The notes under the pieces: generated by a model
What the model saw: only the letters and a program-made list of their open reading frames with translations
What the model was told of the DNA's origin: nothing
Databases searched by the model: none
Shown: piece after piece, positions 1-9,266 of the stretch
Layout of the letters: the number at the start of each line of letters is the position of its first letter
Numbering within the stretch: the stretch's first letter is position 1
Source: Alphaproteobacteria bacterium
GTDB lineage: Bacteria; Pseudomonadota; Alphaproteobacteria; UBA828
DNA length: 64,000 nt
Direction of reading: 5' to 3'
Assembly: GCA_965237415.1 (NCBI GenBank)
Contig: CBDEFM010000002.1
Location: 3,488,001 to 3,552,000 of the forward strand
Program-made: the position numbers and the translations under genes

Positions 1-445
1 TCTTCTCCATGCTGTCGATATCGACCACGGTCACGTCCGCGCCCATCAGGCGGTCGAGCAGAAGATTGCCTTGCACCCTCGGACCCTTGACGCCGTGAAT
101 GAGCACCAGCGAGACCGCGAGGCCGTGTTTGCACGCCGCCGCCGTGATCTGCCGGCACCAGTTGGACTGCGTGTAGGCGCCCGCGACCACGGTGTCTGCG
201 CCCGACTGCAGGATTTCGGCGAAGGTGAACTCCAGGTGGCGCGTCTTGTTGCCGCCGAAGGCCAGTCCCGTGAGGTCGTCCCGCTTGATGTAGAGGGCGC
301 GCACGCCGATCGCGTCTGCGAGCCGGGGGCAGGGGTCGAGCGGCGTCGGCAGATGCGCGAGCCGGATGCGAGGGTGGGCTGCGAGCCGGGCGGCGAGATC
401 GTCCCGCGTCACCGCTGCTTCCGTACGTTCCGCTGCCACCGCCAT
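1..445 (-). CDS. D-cysteine desulfhydrase / ACC deaminase family PLP enzyme (3' end outside window)
   Basis: Manual translation from ATG 445: MAVAAERTEAAVTRDDLAARLAAHPRIRLAHLPTPL...YIKRDDLTGLAFGGNKTRHLEF...QSNWCRQ. GGNK PLP-lysine and QSN motifs present; RBS GGGGAG. Not in the ORF track. Confidence 0.88.
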   Translation of the reverse strand, partial: MAVAAERTEAAVTRDDLAARLAAHPRIRLAHLPTPLDPCPRLADAIGVRALYIKRDDLTGLAFGGNKTRHLEFTFAEILQSGADTVVAGAYTQSNWCRQITAAACKHGLAVSLVLIHGVKGPRVQGNLLLDRLMGADVTVVDIDSMEK

Positions 446-471
446 GCCACTCCCCCGCCTGCCTCTCGGCC

Positions 472-501
472 ATCCTATCGCCGGCGGGAAGCGCCGGGCA
501 A
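472..501 (-). promoter_or_regulatory. Putative sigma70 promoter of the desulfhydrase-family gene
   Basis: Minus strand TTGCCC-N18-TAGGAT; the -10 element ends 26 nt upstream of the ATG. Confidence 0.45.
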
Positions 502-507
502 CCGACG

Positions 508-1119
508 GTGGGGCAGCTCTCCTCGGTGAAGTTCGGCTACACCGACACCATCCCCGGCTCGCCGGAATACAACCCCGAGCGCTGCCAGGAGCTGTTGGCC
601 GAGGCCGGCTACCCGGGCGGCGACGGCCTGCCGCCGATCGAGTACCTTACCTCCCAGGGCTTCTATCCGAAGACCAAGGAGTACGGCGAGGTCATCACCG
701 CGCTCCTCCAGGAGCAGGGCTTCCCGGTACAGCTCACGGTGATGGAGGTCGCGTCGTGGATCGAGCGGGTGCTGACCCGCGACGAGACCGCACCCCAGCT
801 CGCCGACACCGGCTGGATGACCGGCTCGCCCGAGCCCAACCTGGTGCTCAGGCCGATGTGGCATTCGGACGGGCTGATCCTGACCAACTGCGGCAGTGAC
901 GACGTCGATGCGGCGATCGAGAAGCAGCAGCTGATCACCGACGTCGATGCCAGGCGTGCGTCGATTCAGAACGAGCTGATGCCGGCGTTGGCCGCGCATC
1001 TGCCGAGCTTCGGGCTCTTCACCTCGGTGCTGATCCACGCCCATCATCCGGCCATCGAGGGGATCTACTTCCTTCCCAACGGGCCGGTCGACAAGGTCAA
1101 GGCGACACTCAAGTCCTGA
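508..1119 (+). pseudogene. 5'-truncated ABC peptide/nickel substrate-binding protein (family 5), C-terminal ~200 aa only
   Basis: YNPERCQELLAEAGYPGG and the C-terminal SBP5 pattern are present, but there is no signal peptide. The upstream frame is antisense to the divergent gene and hits a stop at 271-273. Confidence 0.75.
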
Positions 1120-1128
1120 CCCGCCGTT

Positions 1129-1156
1129 CGGGGGCTCCGCCCGCGCGGAGCCCCCG
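1129..1156 (+). terminator. Intercistronic stem-loop after the SBP gene (mRNA-stabilising or partial terminator)
   Basis: Perfect 12-bp stem CGGGGGCTCCGC-ccgc-GCGGAGCCCCCG, no U-tract. Confidence 0.65.
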
Positions 1157-1186
1157 CCTCGCTTCACCCCTCCGCACGGTCCGCGC

Positions 1187-2206
1187 ATGGCATTCGTCCT
1201 CACGTTCCTGATCCGCCGCCTTGCCCAGGGCGTGGTCATCGTGCTGCTGGTCACGTTCCTGATTTTCACTCTGTTGCGAGTCATTCCGGGCGATCCGGTG
1301 CGTATCATGCTCGGCCCCAGCACGACCCAGGCGGTGGTCGAGGCCCGCGCGCAGGAGCTTGGCCTGCGCGATTCCATCCCCGAGCAGTTCGTCCGTTACA
1401 TCGCCAAAGCGGTGCAGGGCGACTTCGGCGACTCCTACTTCATCGGCGAGACCGGCATCGCGCTCACGGTGCAGAACGTGTCCGGCGGCAAAGGGCAGGA
1501 CACCGTCACCGAACAGCGCAAGGCGAAGATGACCCGCGCCGGGGTGCTCAAGGTCATAGGGGATGGTCTGCCCTATACGCTGATTCTGGCGGGCTTGGGC
1601 TTGCTATTTACGTTCGTATTGGCGGTGCCGCTTGGAATTGCGGCCGGCCTCAATCCGGAGAAGTGGCAGGATAGGCTCGCCTTCTTCATAGGCTCCGTCT
1701 TCATATCGTTACCCAACTTCTGGCTGGCGCTGGTGCTGATCCTGCTGGTCACGGCACGCGCCGGCCTGTTGCCGTCCATTGGCTACAAGAACTTTGCCTA
1801 CGCCATCCTGCCGGCCATCGTGCTTGCCGTGGAGCTCGCGCCGATCATCATCCGCGGGCTCTCGATGTCGATCGCCCAGGCGCTCCAGGCCGGCTATGTC
1901 TCCAGCGGCGTCGTGCGCGGCCTTCCCTGGCGGCAGATCATCGTCAAGCACGTGCTGCGCAACTCGTCGATCCCCATGCTGAACCTGTTCGGCGTGCAGA
2001 TCGGCGGCCTGTTGCTTGGCGGTGTCTTCGTCACCGAGTTCGTGTTCGACTATCCCGGCATCGGGCGGACGACCGTGCAGGCGGTGCTGCAACGTGACTT
2101 CCCGGTGATCCAGGGCGTCGCCATCCTGGCCGCGAGCATTCTCGTTCTCGCCAACATCATGGTCGACCTCGCGTCGACCTTCGTCGACCGCAGGCTCAAG
2201 TTCTGA
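1187..2206 (+). CDS. Peptide ABC transporter permease (DppB/OppB family)
   Basis: LIRRLAQG...PGDPV N-terminus, KHVLRNS, VFDYPGIG, RDFPVIQG. Confidence 0.93.
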   Translation: MAFVLTFLIRRLAQGVVIVLLVTFLIFTLLRVIPGDPVRIMLGPSTTQAVVEARAQELGLRDSIPEQFVRYIAKAVQGDFGDSYFIGETGIALTVQNVSGGKGQDTVTEQRKAKMTRAGVLKVIGDGLPYTLILAGLGLLFTFVLAVPLGIAAGLNPEKWQDRLAFFIGSVFISLPNFWLALVLILLVTARAGLLPSIGYKNFAYAILPAIVLAVELAPIIIRGLSMSIAQALQAGYVSSGVVRGLPWRQIIVKHVLRNSSIPMLNLFGVQIGGLLLGGVFVTEFVFDYPGIGRTTVQAVLQRDFPVIQGVAILAASILVLANIMVDLASTFVDRRLKF

Positions 2207-3114
2207 TGACGGCCGAGACCGCAACAGGCACCAAGGTGCGGGGACGCGGCGAATCCGTCACCCGGCGGATGTTCCGCCTCGCCTGGGAGATGGCGAGCTT
2301 CAAGATCGGCCTCGGGGTCTTCACCGTGTTCGTGGGCGCGGCGATCATCTGGCCGGAGCTCTCGCCTTTCGATCCCATGAAGATCAGCGTGCGAGAGCGC
2401 TTCCTGCCGCCCGTCTTCCTGGAAGGCGGCTCCTGGGTCCATCTCGCCGGCACCGACCAGCTCGGCCGCGACCTCTTCGTGCGCTCGTTGATGGGGCTGC
2501 GCAATGGGCTCGGCATCGCCGTGGCGGCGGTCGCGGTCATGTTCGTCGTCGGCTGCACGCTCGGCGTGATCTCGGGCTACTGGGGCCGCTGGGTCGACAT
2601 CATCCTGATGCGTATCACCGACGCCCAGCTCTCGATCCCGGTGATCGTGCTGGCGATCACGATCCTGAGCGTGAGCCGGCCAAACCCCTTCACGGTGGCC
2701 GCCGTGCTGGTACTGGCGGGGTGGCCTGTCTACGCCCGCGTGGTGCGAAGCATCGCGCTCGCCGAGCGCGAGCGCGAATATGTAAGGGGGGCGAAGATTC
2801 TGGGAGCGAGCGACCTCAGGATCGTCGCACTGATGATCTCGCCCAACATCTTGCCGCCCATCGCCTTCGTCGCGGTGCTCGACATCGCGCGCATGATGAT
2901 CTTCGAGGCGCTGTTCGGCTTCCTCGGCATCGGCATCCAGCCGCCGACGCCCACCTTCGGCAACATCATCGCCGACGGCTACAAGTATTTGGTGAACAGT
3001 TGGTGGATTCCGACCATGCCCGGAGTCTTCCTCATCATCACACTCATCAGCATCAATCTTATGGGTGCTTCGCTGGAGCGCGCCCGCAACAAGCTCTTCA
3101 AGGGGATCGTCTAG
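2206..3114 (+). CDS. Peptide ABC transporter permease (DppC/OppC family)
   Basis: HLAGTDQLGRD, EYVRGAKILGAS (EAA loop), FLGIGIQPPTP; TGATG overlap with the previous gene. Confidence 0.93.
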   Translation: MTAETATGTKVRGRGESVTRRMFRLAWEMASFKIGLGVFTVFVGAAIIWPELSPFDPMKISVRERFLPPVFLEGGSWVHLAGTDQLGRDLFVRSLMGLRNGLGIAVAAVAVMFVVGCTLGVISGYWGRWVDIILMRITDAQLSIPVIVLAITILSVSRPNPFTVAAVLVLAGWPVYARVVRSIALAEREREYVRGAKILGASDLRIVALMISPNILPPIAFVAVLDIARMMIFEALFGFLGIGIQPPTPTFGNIIADGYKYLVNSWWIPTMPGVFLIITLISINLMGASLERARNKLFKGIV

Positions 3115-3117
3115 CCC

Positions 3118-4992
3118 ATGTCGGCTCCGCCGCTCCTCGACGTGCAGGGCATCTCGGTCGATCTCGTCCGCCGCGGCGTAAGCGAGCCGATCCTGCGGGA
3201 CGTGAGCTTCGAGCTGCGCGAGCGCCAAGTGCTCGGCATCATCGGCGAGAGCGGCTCGGGCAAGACCGTGTTGAGCCACGTGCTCTGCAACGCGATCACG
3301 GAGCCGCTCAAGATCACCGCCGGCAGCGTCGGCTATCACGGGCGGGACCTGCTCACCATCCCCGCCGCCGAGATGCAGAAGTTGCGCGGCAGCGAGATCG
3401 GCTATATCGGCTCCGACCCCGGTAACGCGCTGGACCCGACAATCCCCGTTGGCCGTCAGATCGTGGAGAAGCTGCGCGCGGTCCAGCCCGAAATGTCCAA
3501 GAAGGATGCTCGGAAACGCGCCTTGGAGGTGCTGAGCGCGGTCCGCATGCCGAGGCCCGAGCACCGCTTCGACGAGTTCCCGTTCCAGTATTCCGGCGGC
3601 ATGATGCAGCGGGCGCTGATCGTCGACGCGCTGGTCAGCAATCCCGCCTTTCTCATCGCGGACAACGTCACCCAGCAGCTCGACGTCACCATCGCAGCCC
3701 AGATCATCCGCCTGATGCACGATCTTCGCGACCAGCTGGACACGGCGATCATCTTCATCTCATCGTCGCTCGCCATGGTGCGTGAGATTGCGGACGAAAT
3801 CATCGTCCTGCAGGAAGGGCGGATCATCGAACGCTCGACGCCGGAGGCCATCGTCGCCCGGCCCGAGCACGACTACTCCAAGCGGTTGCTGGAGCGTATC
3901 CCGCGCATCTGGGCAGTGGAGGAGCGCGCGCAGCCCGCGACGGAAGACGAGAGCCCGCTCCTCGCGGTGGACGACGTCTACAAGACCTACCGGGTCAATG
4001 ACCCGACTCGATTCTTCGGCCACAACGACGTGGAGGCGGTACGCGGCGTTACCTTCGACGTGAAGGCGGGGGAGAACTTCGGCATCGTGGGCGAGTCCGG
4101 CTGCGGCAAGTCTACGCTCTCGCGTCTCTTGAGCTGGATCGAGGCCCCCGACAAGGGCTCGATCTTCTTCGAGGGCGACAGCATCGCCAAGATGAACCGC
4201 CGCCGCTTGCTCGGGCTCCGGCACCGCTTCCAGCTCCTGCTTCAGGACCCTTACAACGCCATGCCGCCGCACATGCCGGTCGGCCGCACCATTCTGGAGC
4301 CCCTGCTCATCCACGGCGGCATGGGGCGCCGCGCGATGCGGGACCGTGTGCGCGAGGTGATGAGCGAAGTCGGCCTGCCGGCCGATATGTACGATCATCT
4401 GCAGATCGGGCTGAGCGCCGGCCAGCGTCAGCGCATCAATCTCGCCCGCGCGCTGGTACTGGAGCCTCGCCTGCTGATCCTGGACGAGACGCTGTCTGCG
4501 CTCGATCAGGTGGAGCAGTCGCGGTTGCTGGAGATTTTCGACAAGCTGCAGGCCGAGCACGGCTTCACCTACATCTTCATCTCCCACGATCTCGCCATGG
4601 TGCGCCGCGCCTGCACCCGCATCGCCGTGATGTATCTCGGCAAGATCGTCGAGCTCGCGGACAACCACACGGTCTTCTTCGACCCCGGCCATCCCTACAC
4701 CAAGGCGCTCTTGAGTGCGGTGCCCACCATCGAGGAGCGCCGCTACGACGCCGAGGAAAACCTGCTGGAGGGTGAGCCGCCGAGCCCCATCGGCATTCCG
4801 CCCGGATGCAGCTTCAATTCGCGCTGCCCGCTTGCCTTCGACCGCTGCACGCATGAAGAGCCGGCCCTTGAGGGCCGGGGCGACGGCCGCATCAGCGCCT
4901 GTTACTGGGCCAATGCAAGCGAGGACGAGCTCGCCGCCGCCGCCGAAGCGAACCGCGCCCGCCGCGCCGCTCTGGAGGCTCAGGTCTCTTAG
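3118..4992 (+). CDS. Peptide ABC transporter ATP-binding protein, fused DppD-DppF
   Basis: Two Walker A motifs (GESGSGKT, GESGCGKS) and a C-terminal four-Cys motif (CSFNSRC...C...C). Confidence 0.93.
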   Translation: MSAPPLLDVQGISVDLVRRGVSEPILRDVSFELRERQVLGIIGESGSGKTVLSHVLCNAITEPLKITAGSVGYHGRDLLTIPAAEMQKLRGSEIGYIGSDPGNALDPTIPVGRQIVEKLRAVQPEMSKKDARKRALEVLSAVRMPRPEHRFDEFPFQYSGGMMQRALIVDALVSNPAFLIADNVTQQLDVTIAAQIIRLMHDLRDQLDTAIIFISSSLAMVREIADEIIVLQEGRIIERSTPEAIVARPEHDYSKRLLERIPRIWAVEERAQPATEDESPLLAVDDVYKTYRVNDPTRFFGHNDVEAVRGVTFDVKAGENFGIVGESGCGKSTLSRLLSWIEAPDKGSIFFEGDSIAKMNRRRLLGLRHRFQLLLQDPYNAMPPHMPVGRTILEPLLIHGGMGRRAMRDRVREVMSEVGLPADMYDHLQIGLSAGQRQRINLARALVLEPRLLILDETLSALDQVEQSRLLEIFDKLQAEHGFTYIFISHDLAMVRRACTRIAVMYLGKIVELADNHTVFFDPGHPYTKALLSAVPTIEERRYDAEENLLEGEPPSPIGIPPGCSFNSRCPLAFDRCTHEEPALEGRGDGRISACYWANASEDELAAAAEANRARRAALEAQVS

Positions 4993-5094
4993 CCCCGCCA
5001 GATCGGCTCGGTGAAGCCTTGCCCTCCTGTCCTGCCCCTGAAGGACGGAAGGAACGTGGGCGCCGCCCGTTACTTCCTGCCTGAACCGGAAGGG

Positions 5095-5379
5095 CCGGGG
5101 AAAGCAGACGACCCCGGACCATGGTGCGGTGCCCGGCAGCGCCGGCCTGCGCCAGGATCGCGCCATGCAGTGCACGAACGAACGGGCCGAGCCGGGTGCG
5201 ACAGCTCGCAACTTCTACCGGGTCGCGCGCCATGCCCGGGCCGCGCGTCCCGCGAAATCCCACTTATCCCAATTAATCCCACTTAATCCCGGACAAGAAA
5301 TGTTCGCGTATCTCGTCCCAGTCCCACGCTCACCTCCCGCTTGCCTACGCGGATATGCGCATCGTGCGCCCGCGCAGGC
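5095..5379 (+). repeat. Dispersed structured intergenic element, copy 1
   Basis: 5112-5188 aligns by eye with 11459-11535. Shared hairpin CATGGTGCG...CGCGCCATG, TCCC array at 5248/5258/5267/5277/5287, AAGAAATGT and a downstream GC hairpin. Confidence 0.8.
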
Positions 5380-5415
5380 GGCCGTCGGGCCTGGTGGCCC
5401 GGTCGCAACGGGCAC

Positions 5416-6444
5416 TCACCCCGCTTGCTCCGCCTCCTGCGCTGCCGAGCCGCCAGCCAACGCGGCGCCGACCTCGGCCGTGATCTCGTATGAACGCAAC
5501 CGCGCGGCGTGGTCGTGGATGTTGGATGTCACCATGATCTCGTCCACGCCGGTCTGCTCGGCAAACGCCCCGAGCCGCTCTGCCACCGTCTCCCGCGTGC
5601 CCGAGGCCGAACAGGTGAACCAGCGTGCGAGAATGGAGCGCTCCTGCGCACCCAGGGTAGCCTCGAACCCGCGCACCGGGCGGGGCAGGGGGCCGGGGGC
5701 GTTCTGATGCAGGTTCAGCACCGATTGCTGGGCCGAGCTCCGCACATAGGCGGCTTCCTCCTCGCTGTCGGCGGCGAAGACGTTGAATCCCGCCATCACA
5801 TAGGGAGCGGCGCACTGTTCCGAGGGGCGGAACTGCTCGCGATAGACCTGGATCGCCTGCATCAGCGCCGCGGGCGCAAAGTGCGAGGCGAAGGCGTAGG
5901 GGAGCCCGAGCGCGGCCGCGAGCTGCGCGCCGAAGAGGCTGGAGCCAAGAATCCAGATCGGCACGTTGAGGCCGGCGCCCGGCACCGCGCGCACGCGCCT
6001 GCCCGGCGGTGTCGGCTGGAAGTAGCTTTGCAGCTCCACCACGTCGCGGGGGAAGTCGTTGACGTCGCCGGTGAGCGTGCGCCTGAGCGCGTGCGAGGTC
6101 ATCTGGTCGGTCCCCGGCGCGCGCCCGATGCCGAGGTCGATGCGCCCCGGATAGAGCGATTCGAGGGTGCCGAACTGCTCGGCGATTACCAGCGGCGCAT
6201 GGTTCGGCAGCATGATACCGCCGGCGCCGACGCGGATGGTCGCGGTTGCGCCCGCGACGTGACCGATCAGCACCGCCGTCGCGGCGCTGCCGATACCCGC
6301 CATGTTGTGATGCTCGGCCAGCCAATAGCGGCGGAAACCCAGGCGCTCGACATGGCGGGCGAGCTCCACCGTGTTGCGGAAGGCCTGCGCCGCATCCGCG
6401 CCTTCAGGGATCGGGGAGAGGTCGAGGATCGAGAGTGCGACCAT
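5416..6444 (-). CDS. LLM-class flavin-dependent oxidoreductase (YhbW-like)
   Basis: [12 protein letters not shown]...YWLAEHHN...[15 protein letters not shown]...[12 protein letters not shown]. Start trimmed to ATG 6444. Confidence 0.9.
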   Translation of the reverse strand: MVALSILDLSPIPEGADAAQAFRNTVELARHVERLGFRRYWLAEHHNMAGIGSAATAVLIGHVAGATATIRVGAGGIMLPNHAPLVIAEQFGTLESLYPGRIDLGIGRAPGTDQMTSHALRRTLTGDVNDFPRDVVELQSYFQPTPPGRRVRAVPGAGLNVPIWILGSSLFGAQLAAALGLPYAFASHFAPAALMQAIQVYREQFRPSEQCAAPYVMAGFNVFAADSEEEAAYVRSSAQQSVLNLHQNAPGPLPRPVRGFEATLGAQERSILARWFTCSASGTRETVAERLGAFAEQTGVDEIMVTSNIHDHAARLRSYEITAEVGAALAGGSAAQEAEQAG

Positions 6445-6466
6445 GGGCCGGGCGTGGAGTCTCGCG

Positions 6467-8641
6467 TCAGCCGAATGCGCTGCGGCGGCGGGCGCCTTTG
6501 CCCTTGCCTTTGGCCTTGCTGCGCTTTCGGGCCGAGGTGCCGGGCGCACCCTTGCTGCTCCGCCCCCGGCTTCCGGTGTCTCCCGGGCCGCCTCCGCGCC
6601 TGGCACCCTTCAGCTCGAGGTCCTTGTCGTTGAGCCGGCGGATTTCGTCCCGAAGCCGCGCCGCCTCCTCGAACTCCAGATCGGCCGCCGCCGCCTTCAT
6701 GCGCGTTTCCAGGTCCTTGAGATGGGCCTCCAGATTGTGCCCGATGAGGTGCGGGGCCGCCTCGTCGCCGGTCTCGACGGTGACGTGATCGCCGCCGTAC
6801 ACGCTCTCCAGAATGTCGGTGATCGACTTTCGCACGCTCTCCGGCGTGATGCCGTTGGCGACGTTGTAGGCCTGCTGGCGGCTTCGCCGGCGCTCCGTCT
6901 CCGCCAGCGCGTTGCTGAGCGAGTTGGTCATGTGGTCGGCATAGAGGATCACCCGCCCATCGATGTTGCGCGCGGCGCGGCCGATGGTCTGGATCAGCGA
7001 GGTCTGGGAACGCAGGAAGCCCTCCTTGTCGGCGTCCAGGATCGCAACCAGCCCGCATTCCGGGATGTCGAGCCCCTCGCGCAGGAGGTTGATGCCGACC
7101 AGCACGTCGAAGGCGCCGAGGCGCAAATCGCGGATAATCTCGATGCGCTCGATGGTATCGATGTCGGAGTGCAGGTAGCGCACGCGGACGCCCGCTTCGT
7201 GGAGGTATTCGGTCAGGTCCTCGGCCATGCGCTTGGTGAGCGTCGTGACAAGTACCCTGAGCCCCCGGGCGGCGCAGTCCTTGCACTCGGCGATCAGGTC
7301 GTCGACCTGTTGCTCCACCGGACGGACCACGCAGACGGGATCGATCAACCCCGTCGGGCGGATGACCTGCTCGACAAAGGCCCCGCCGGTGCGCTCCAGC
7401 TCCCACGGCCCCGGCGTCGCCGAGACGAAGATGGTCTCCGGCCGCATGGCGTCCCATTCCTCGAACTTGAGCGGCCTGTTGTCGACGCAGGACGGCAGGC
7501 GAAAGCCGAACTCGGCGAGCGTCGATTTGCGCTTGAAATCGCCGCGGAACATGCCGCCCAGCTGGGGCACGGTGACGTGGGATTCGTCGACGATCAGGAG
7601 CGCGTTCTCCGGCAGATACTCCAAGAGGGTCGGCGGCGGCTCGCCCGGATTGCGGCCGGTCAGATAGCGCGAGTAGTTCTCGATCCCGGCGCAGCTGCCG
7701 GTGGCTTCCATCATCTCCAGGTCGAAGAGGGTGCGCTGCTCCAGCCGCTGCGCCTCCAGCAGCTGGCCCTGCGCATTGAATTCCTCCAGCCGCTGGGCAA
7801 GCTCGATCCTGACCTGCTTGATCGCCTGGCGCACGGTCGGGCGCGGCGTGACGTAATGGCTGTTGGGGTAAATGCGCACGCGCACGAGCTTGTCGGTCTT
7901 GGCGCCGGTGAGCGGATCGAACTCGATGATCTCCTCGATCTCGTCGCCAAAGAGCGAGATACGCCAGGCGCGATCCTCGGAATGCGCCGGGAAGATCTCG
8001 ATCACGTCGCCGCGCACGCGGAAGCTGCCGCGCTCCAGCGTCTGGCTGGTGCGGCGGTACTGCAGGTCGATCAGCTTGCGGATGAGCGCTCGCTGGTCGA
8101 CACGCCCCTCCAGCGCCAACGAGACGGCCATCGACGAATAGGTCTCGACCGCGCCGATACCGTAGATGCACGAGACCGAGGCCACGATCACCACGTCGTC
8201 GCGCTCGAGCAACGCCCGTGTCGCGCTGTGGCGCATGCGGTCGATATGTTCGTTGATGGAGGCGTCCTTCTCGATATAAGTATCCGAGCGGGGAACGTAC
8301 GCCTCCGGCTGATAGTAATCGTAGTAGGACACGAAATATTCGACAGAGTTATTCGGGAAGAACTCCTTCATTTCTCCGTAGAGCTGGGCGGCAAGCGTCT
8401 TGTTGTGCGCAAGGATCAGCGTGGGCCGGCCCAGTGCCCGGATCACATGGGTCATAGTGAAGGTCTTTCCCGACCCGGTGACCCCCAGCAATACCTGGTC
8501 GCGCTCACCTTCGCGTATGCCCGCGATCAGCTCCGCGATCGCCTCGGGCTGGTCGCCCGCGGGCTCGAACGCCGAGACGATCTCGAAGGCGCCGCCCCCC
8601 GCTGACCTCCCCTGGTCCGCCGCTTCCGCCGAATGAGCCAT
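6467..8641 (-). CDS. uvrB: Excinuclease ABC subunit B
   Basis: [47 protein letters not shown]-terminal UVR domain. Confidence 0.98.
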   Translation of the reverse strand: MAHSAEAADQGRSAGGGAFEIVSAFEPAGDQPEAIAELIAGIREGERDQVLLGVTGSGKTFTMTHVIRALGRPTLILAHNKTLAAQLYGEMKEFFPNNSVEYFVSYYDYYQPEAYVPRSDTYIEKDASINEHIDRMRHSATRALLERDDVVIVASVSCIYGIGAVETYSSMAVSLALEGRVDQRALIRKLIDLQYRRTSQTLERGSFRVRGDVIEIFPAHSEDRAWRISLFGDEIEEIIEFDPLTGAKTDKLVRVRIYPNSHYVTPRPTVRQAIKQVRIELAQRLEEFNAQGQLLEAQRLEQRTLFDLEMMEATGSCAGIENYSRYLTGRNPGEPPPTLLEYLPENALLIVDESHVTVPQLGGMFRGDFKRKSTLAEFGFRLPSCVDNRPLKFEEWDAMRPETIFVSATPGPWELERTGGAFVEQVIRPTGLIDPVCVVRPVEQQVDDLIAECKDCAARGLRVLVTTLTKRMAEDLTEYLHEAGVRVRYLHSDIDTIERIEIIRDLRLGAFDVLVGINLLREGLDIPECGLVAILDADKEGFLRSQTSLIQTIGRAARNIDGRVILYADHMTNSLSNALAETERRRSRQQAYNVANGITPESVRKSITDILESVYGGDHVTVETGDEAAPHLIGHNLEAHLKDLETRMKAAAADLEFEEAARLRDEIRRLNDKDLELKGARRGGGPGDTGSRGRSSKGAPGTSARKRSKAKGKGKGARRRSAFG

Positions 8642-8647
8642 GGGCGC

Positions 8648-8653
8648 ACTATA
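8648..8653 (-). promoter_or_regulatory. -10 element for a probably leaderless uvrB transcript
   Basis: Minus strand TATAGT-GCGCCC-ATG with no Shine-Dalgarno. Confidence 0.55.
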
Positions 8654-8705
8654 GGGGGGCGCCGAGGACGGACGCCAGTGGTCGCGTCAGGGTCCGGTGC
8701 GGTTC

Positions 8706-8734
8706 TGGACAAACGCCTGCGCCGGGCCGATAGT
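8706..8734 (+). promoter_or_regulatory. Putative sigma70 promoter of apaG
   Basis: TGGACA-N17-GATAGT upstream of the GGAGG RBS. Confidence 0.5.
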
Positions 8735-8762
8735 GCGAGCCGTTTGTTCGTGGAGGATGTGG

Positions 8763-9155
8763 ATGTATCAGAAGGAAACGCGGGCGATCGAGATTACGGT
8801 CAAGCCATTCTATCTGGAGGAGCAGTCCGAGCCCGACGATAGCCATTTCGTGTTCGCCTACCACATCCGGATACAGAACAACGGCCGGGACGTGGTCCAG
8901 CTCCTGAACCGCCACTGGCAGATCACCGACGGCCGCGGCCGCATTCAGGAGGTGCGGGGGCCGGGAGTCGTCGGCGAGCAGCCGGTGCTGCGGCCGGGAG
9001 AGGCATTCGAATACACGAGCGGCTGCCCGCTCAACACCGCGACCGGGATCATGGTCGGCACTTATCAGATGGAAACGCTGGACGGCGAGCGCTTTGATGT
9101 GGATATTCCGGCATTCTCGCTCGACACGCCGGATGCGCCCGTACAGCTTAACTGA
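8763..9155 (+). CDS. apaG: ApaG protein
   Basis: [38 protein letters not shown]; GGAGG RBS before ATG 8763. Confidence 0.95.
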   Translation: MYQKETRAIEITVKPFYLEEQSEPDDSHFVFAYHIRIQNNGRDVVQLLNRHWQITDGRGRIQEVRGPGVVGEQPVLRPGEAFEYTSGCPLNTATGIMVGTYQMETLDGERFDVDIPAFSLDTPDAPVQLN

Positions 9156-9266
9156 GGCCGCGCAGCCGCCGGCACGCTGACCAGACAACCGACGACGCCC
9201 GGACCGCCCCGCGGCGGCCCCGCGGCACCGTACAACCGGCCTGGGGCCGGAGAAGGGAGACCACCC

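Noticed and set aside
5273-5286. CtrA box (TTAA...TTAA)
   Set aside because: Spacing is N6 rather than N7, it is a by-product of the decamer repeat, and it is not conserved in copy 2.
5246-5292. Short repeats as a CRISPR array
   Set aside because: Units are about 10 bp with no unique spacers, and no cas genes are present in the window.
5011-5707. ORFs across the dispersed element (5011-5286, 5129-5707; also 11337-11636, 11512-12591)
   Set aside because: Peptide similarity simply reflects the DNA similarity. Indels shift frame between copies and several of the ORFs overlap real genes.
6371-8605. Long antisense ORFs (also 2050-3720, 14781-16646, 41416-43719, 59783-61618)
   Set aside because: Shadow frames of high-GC genes with no recognisable motifs.
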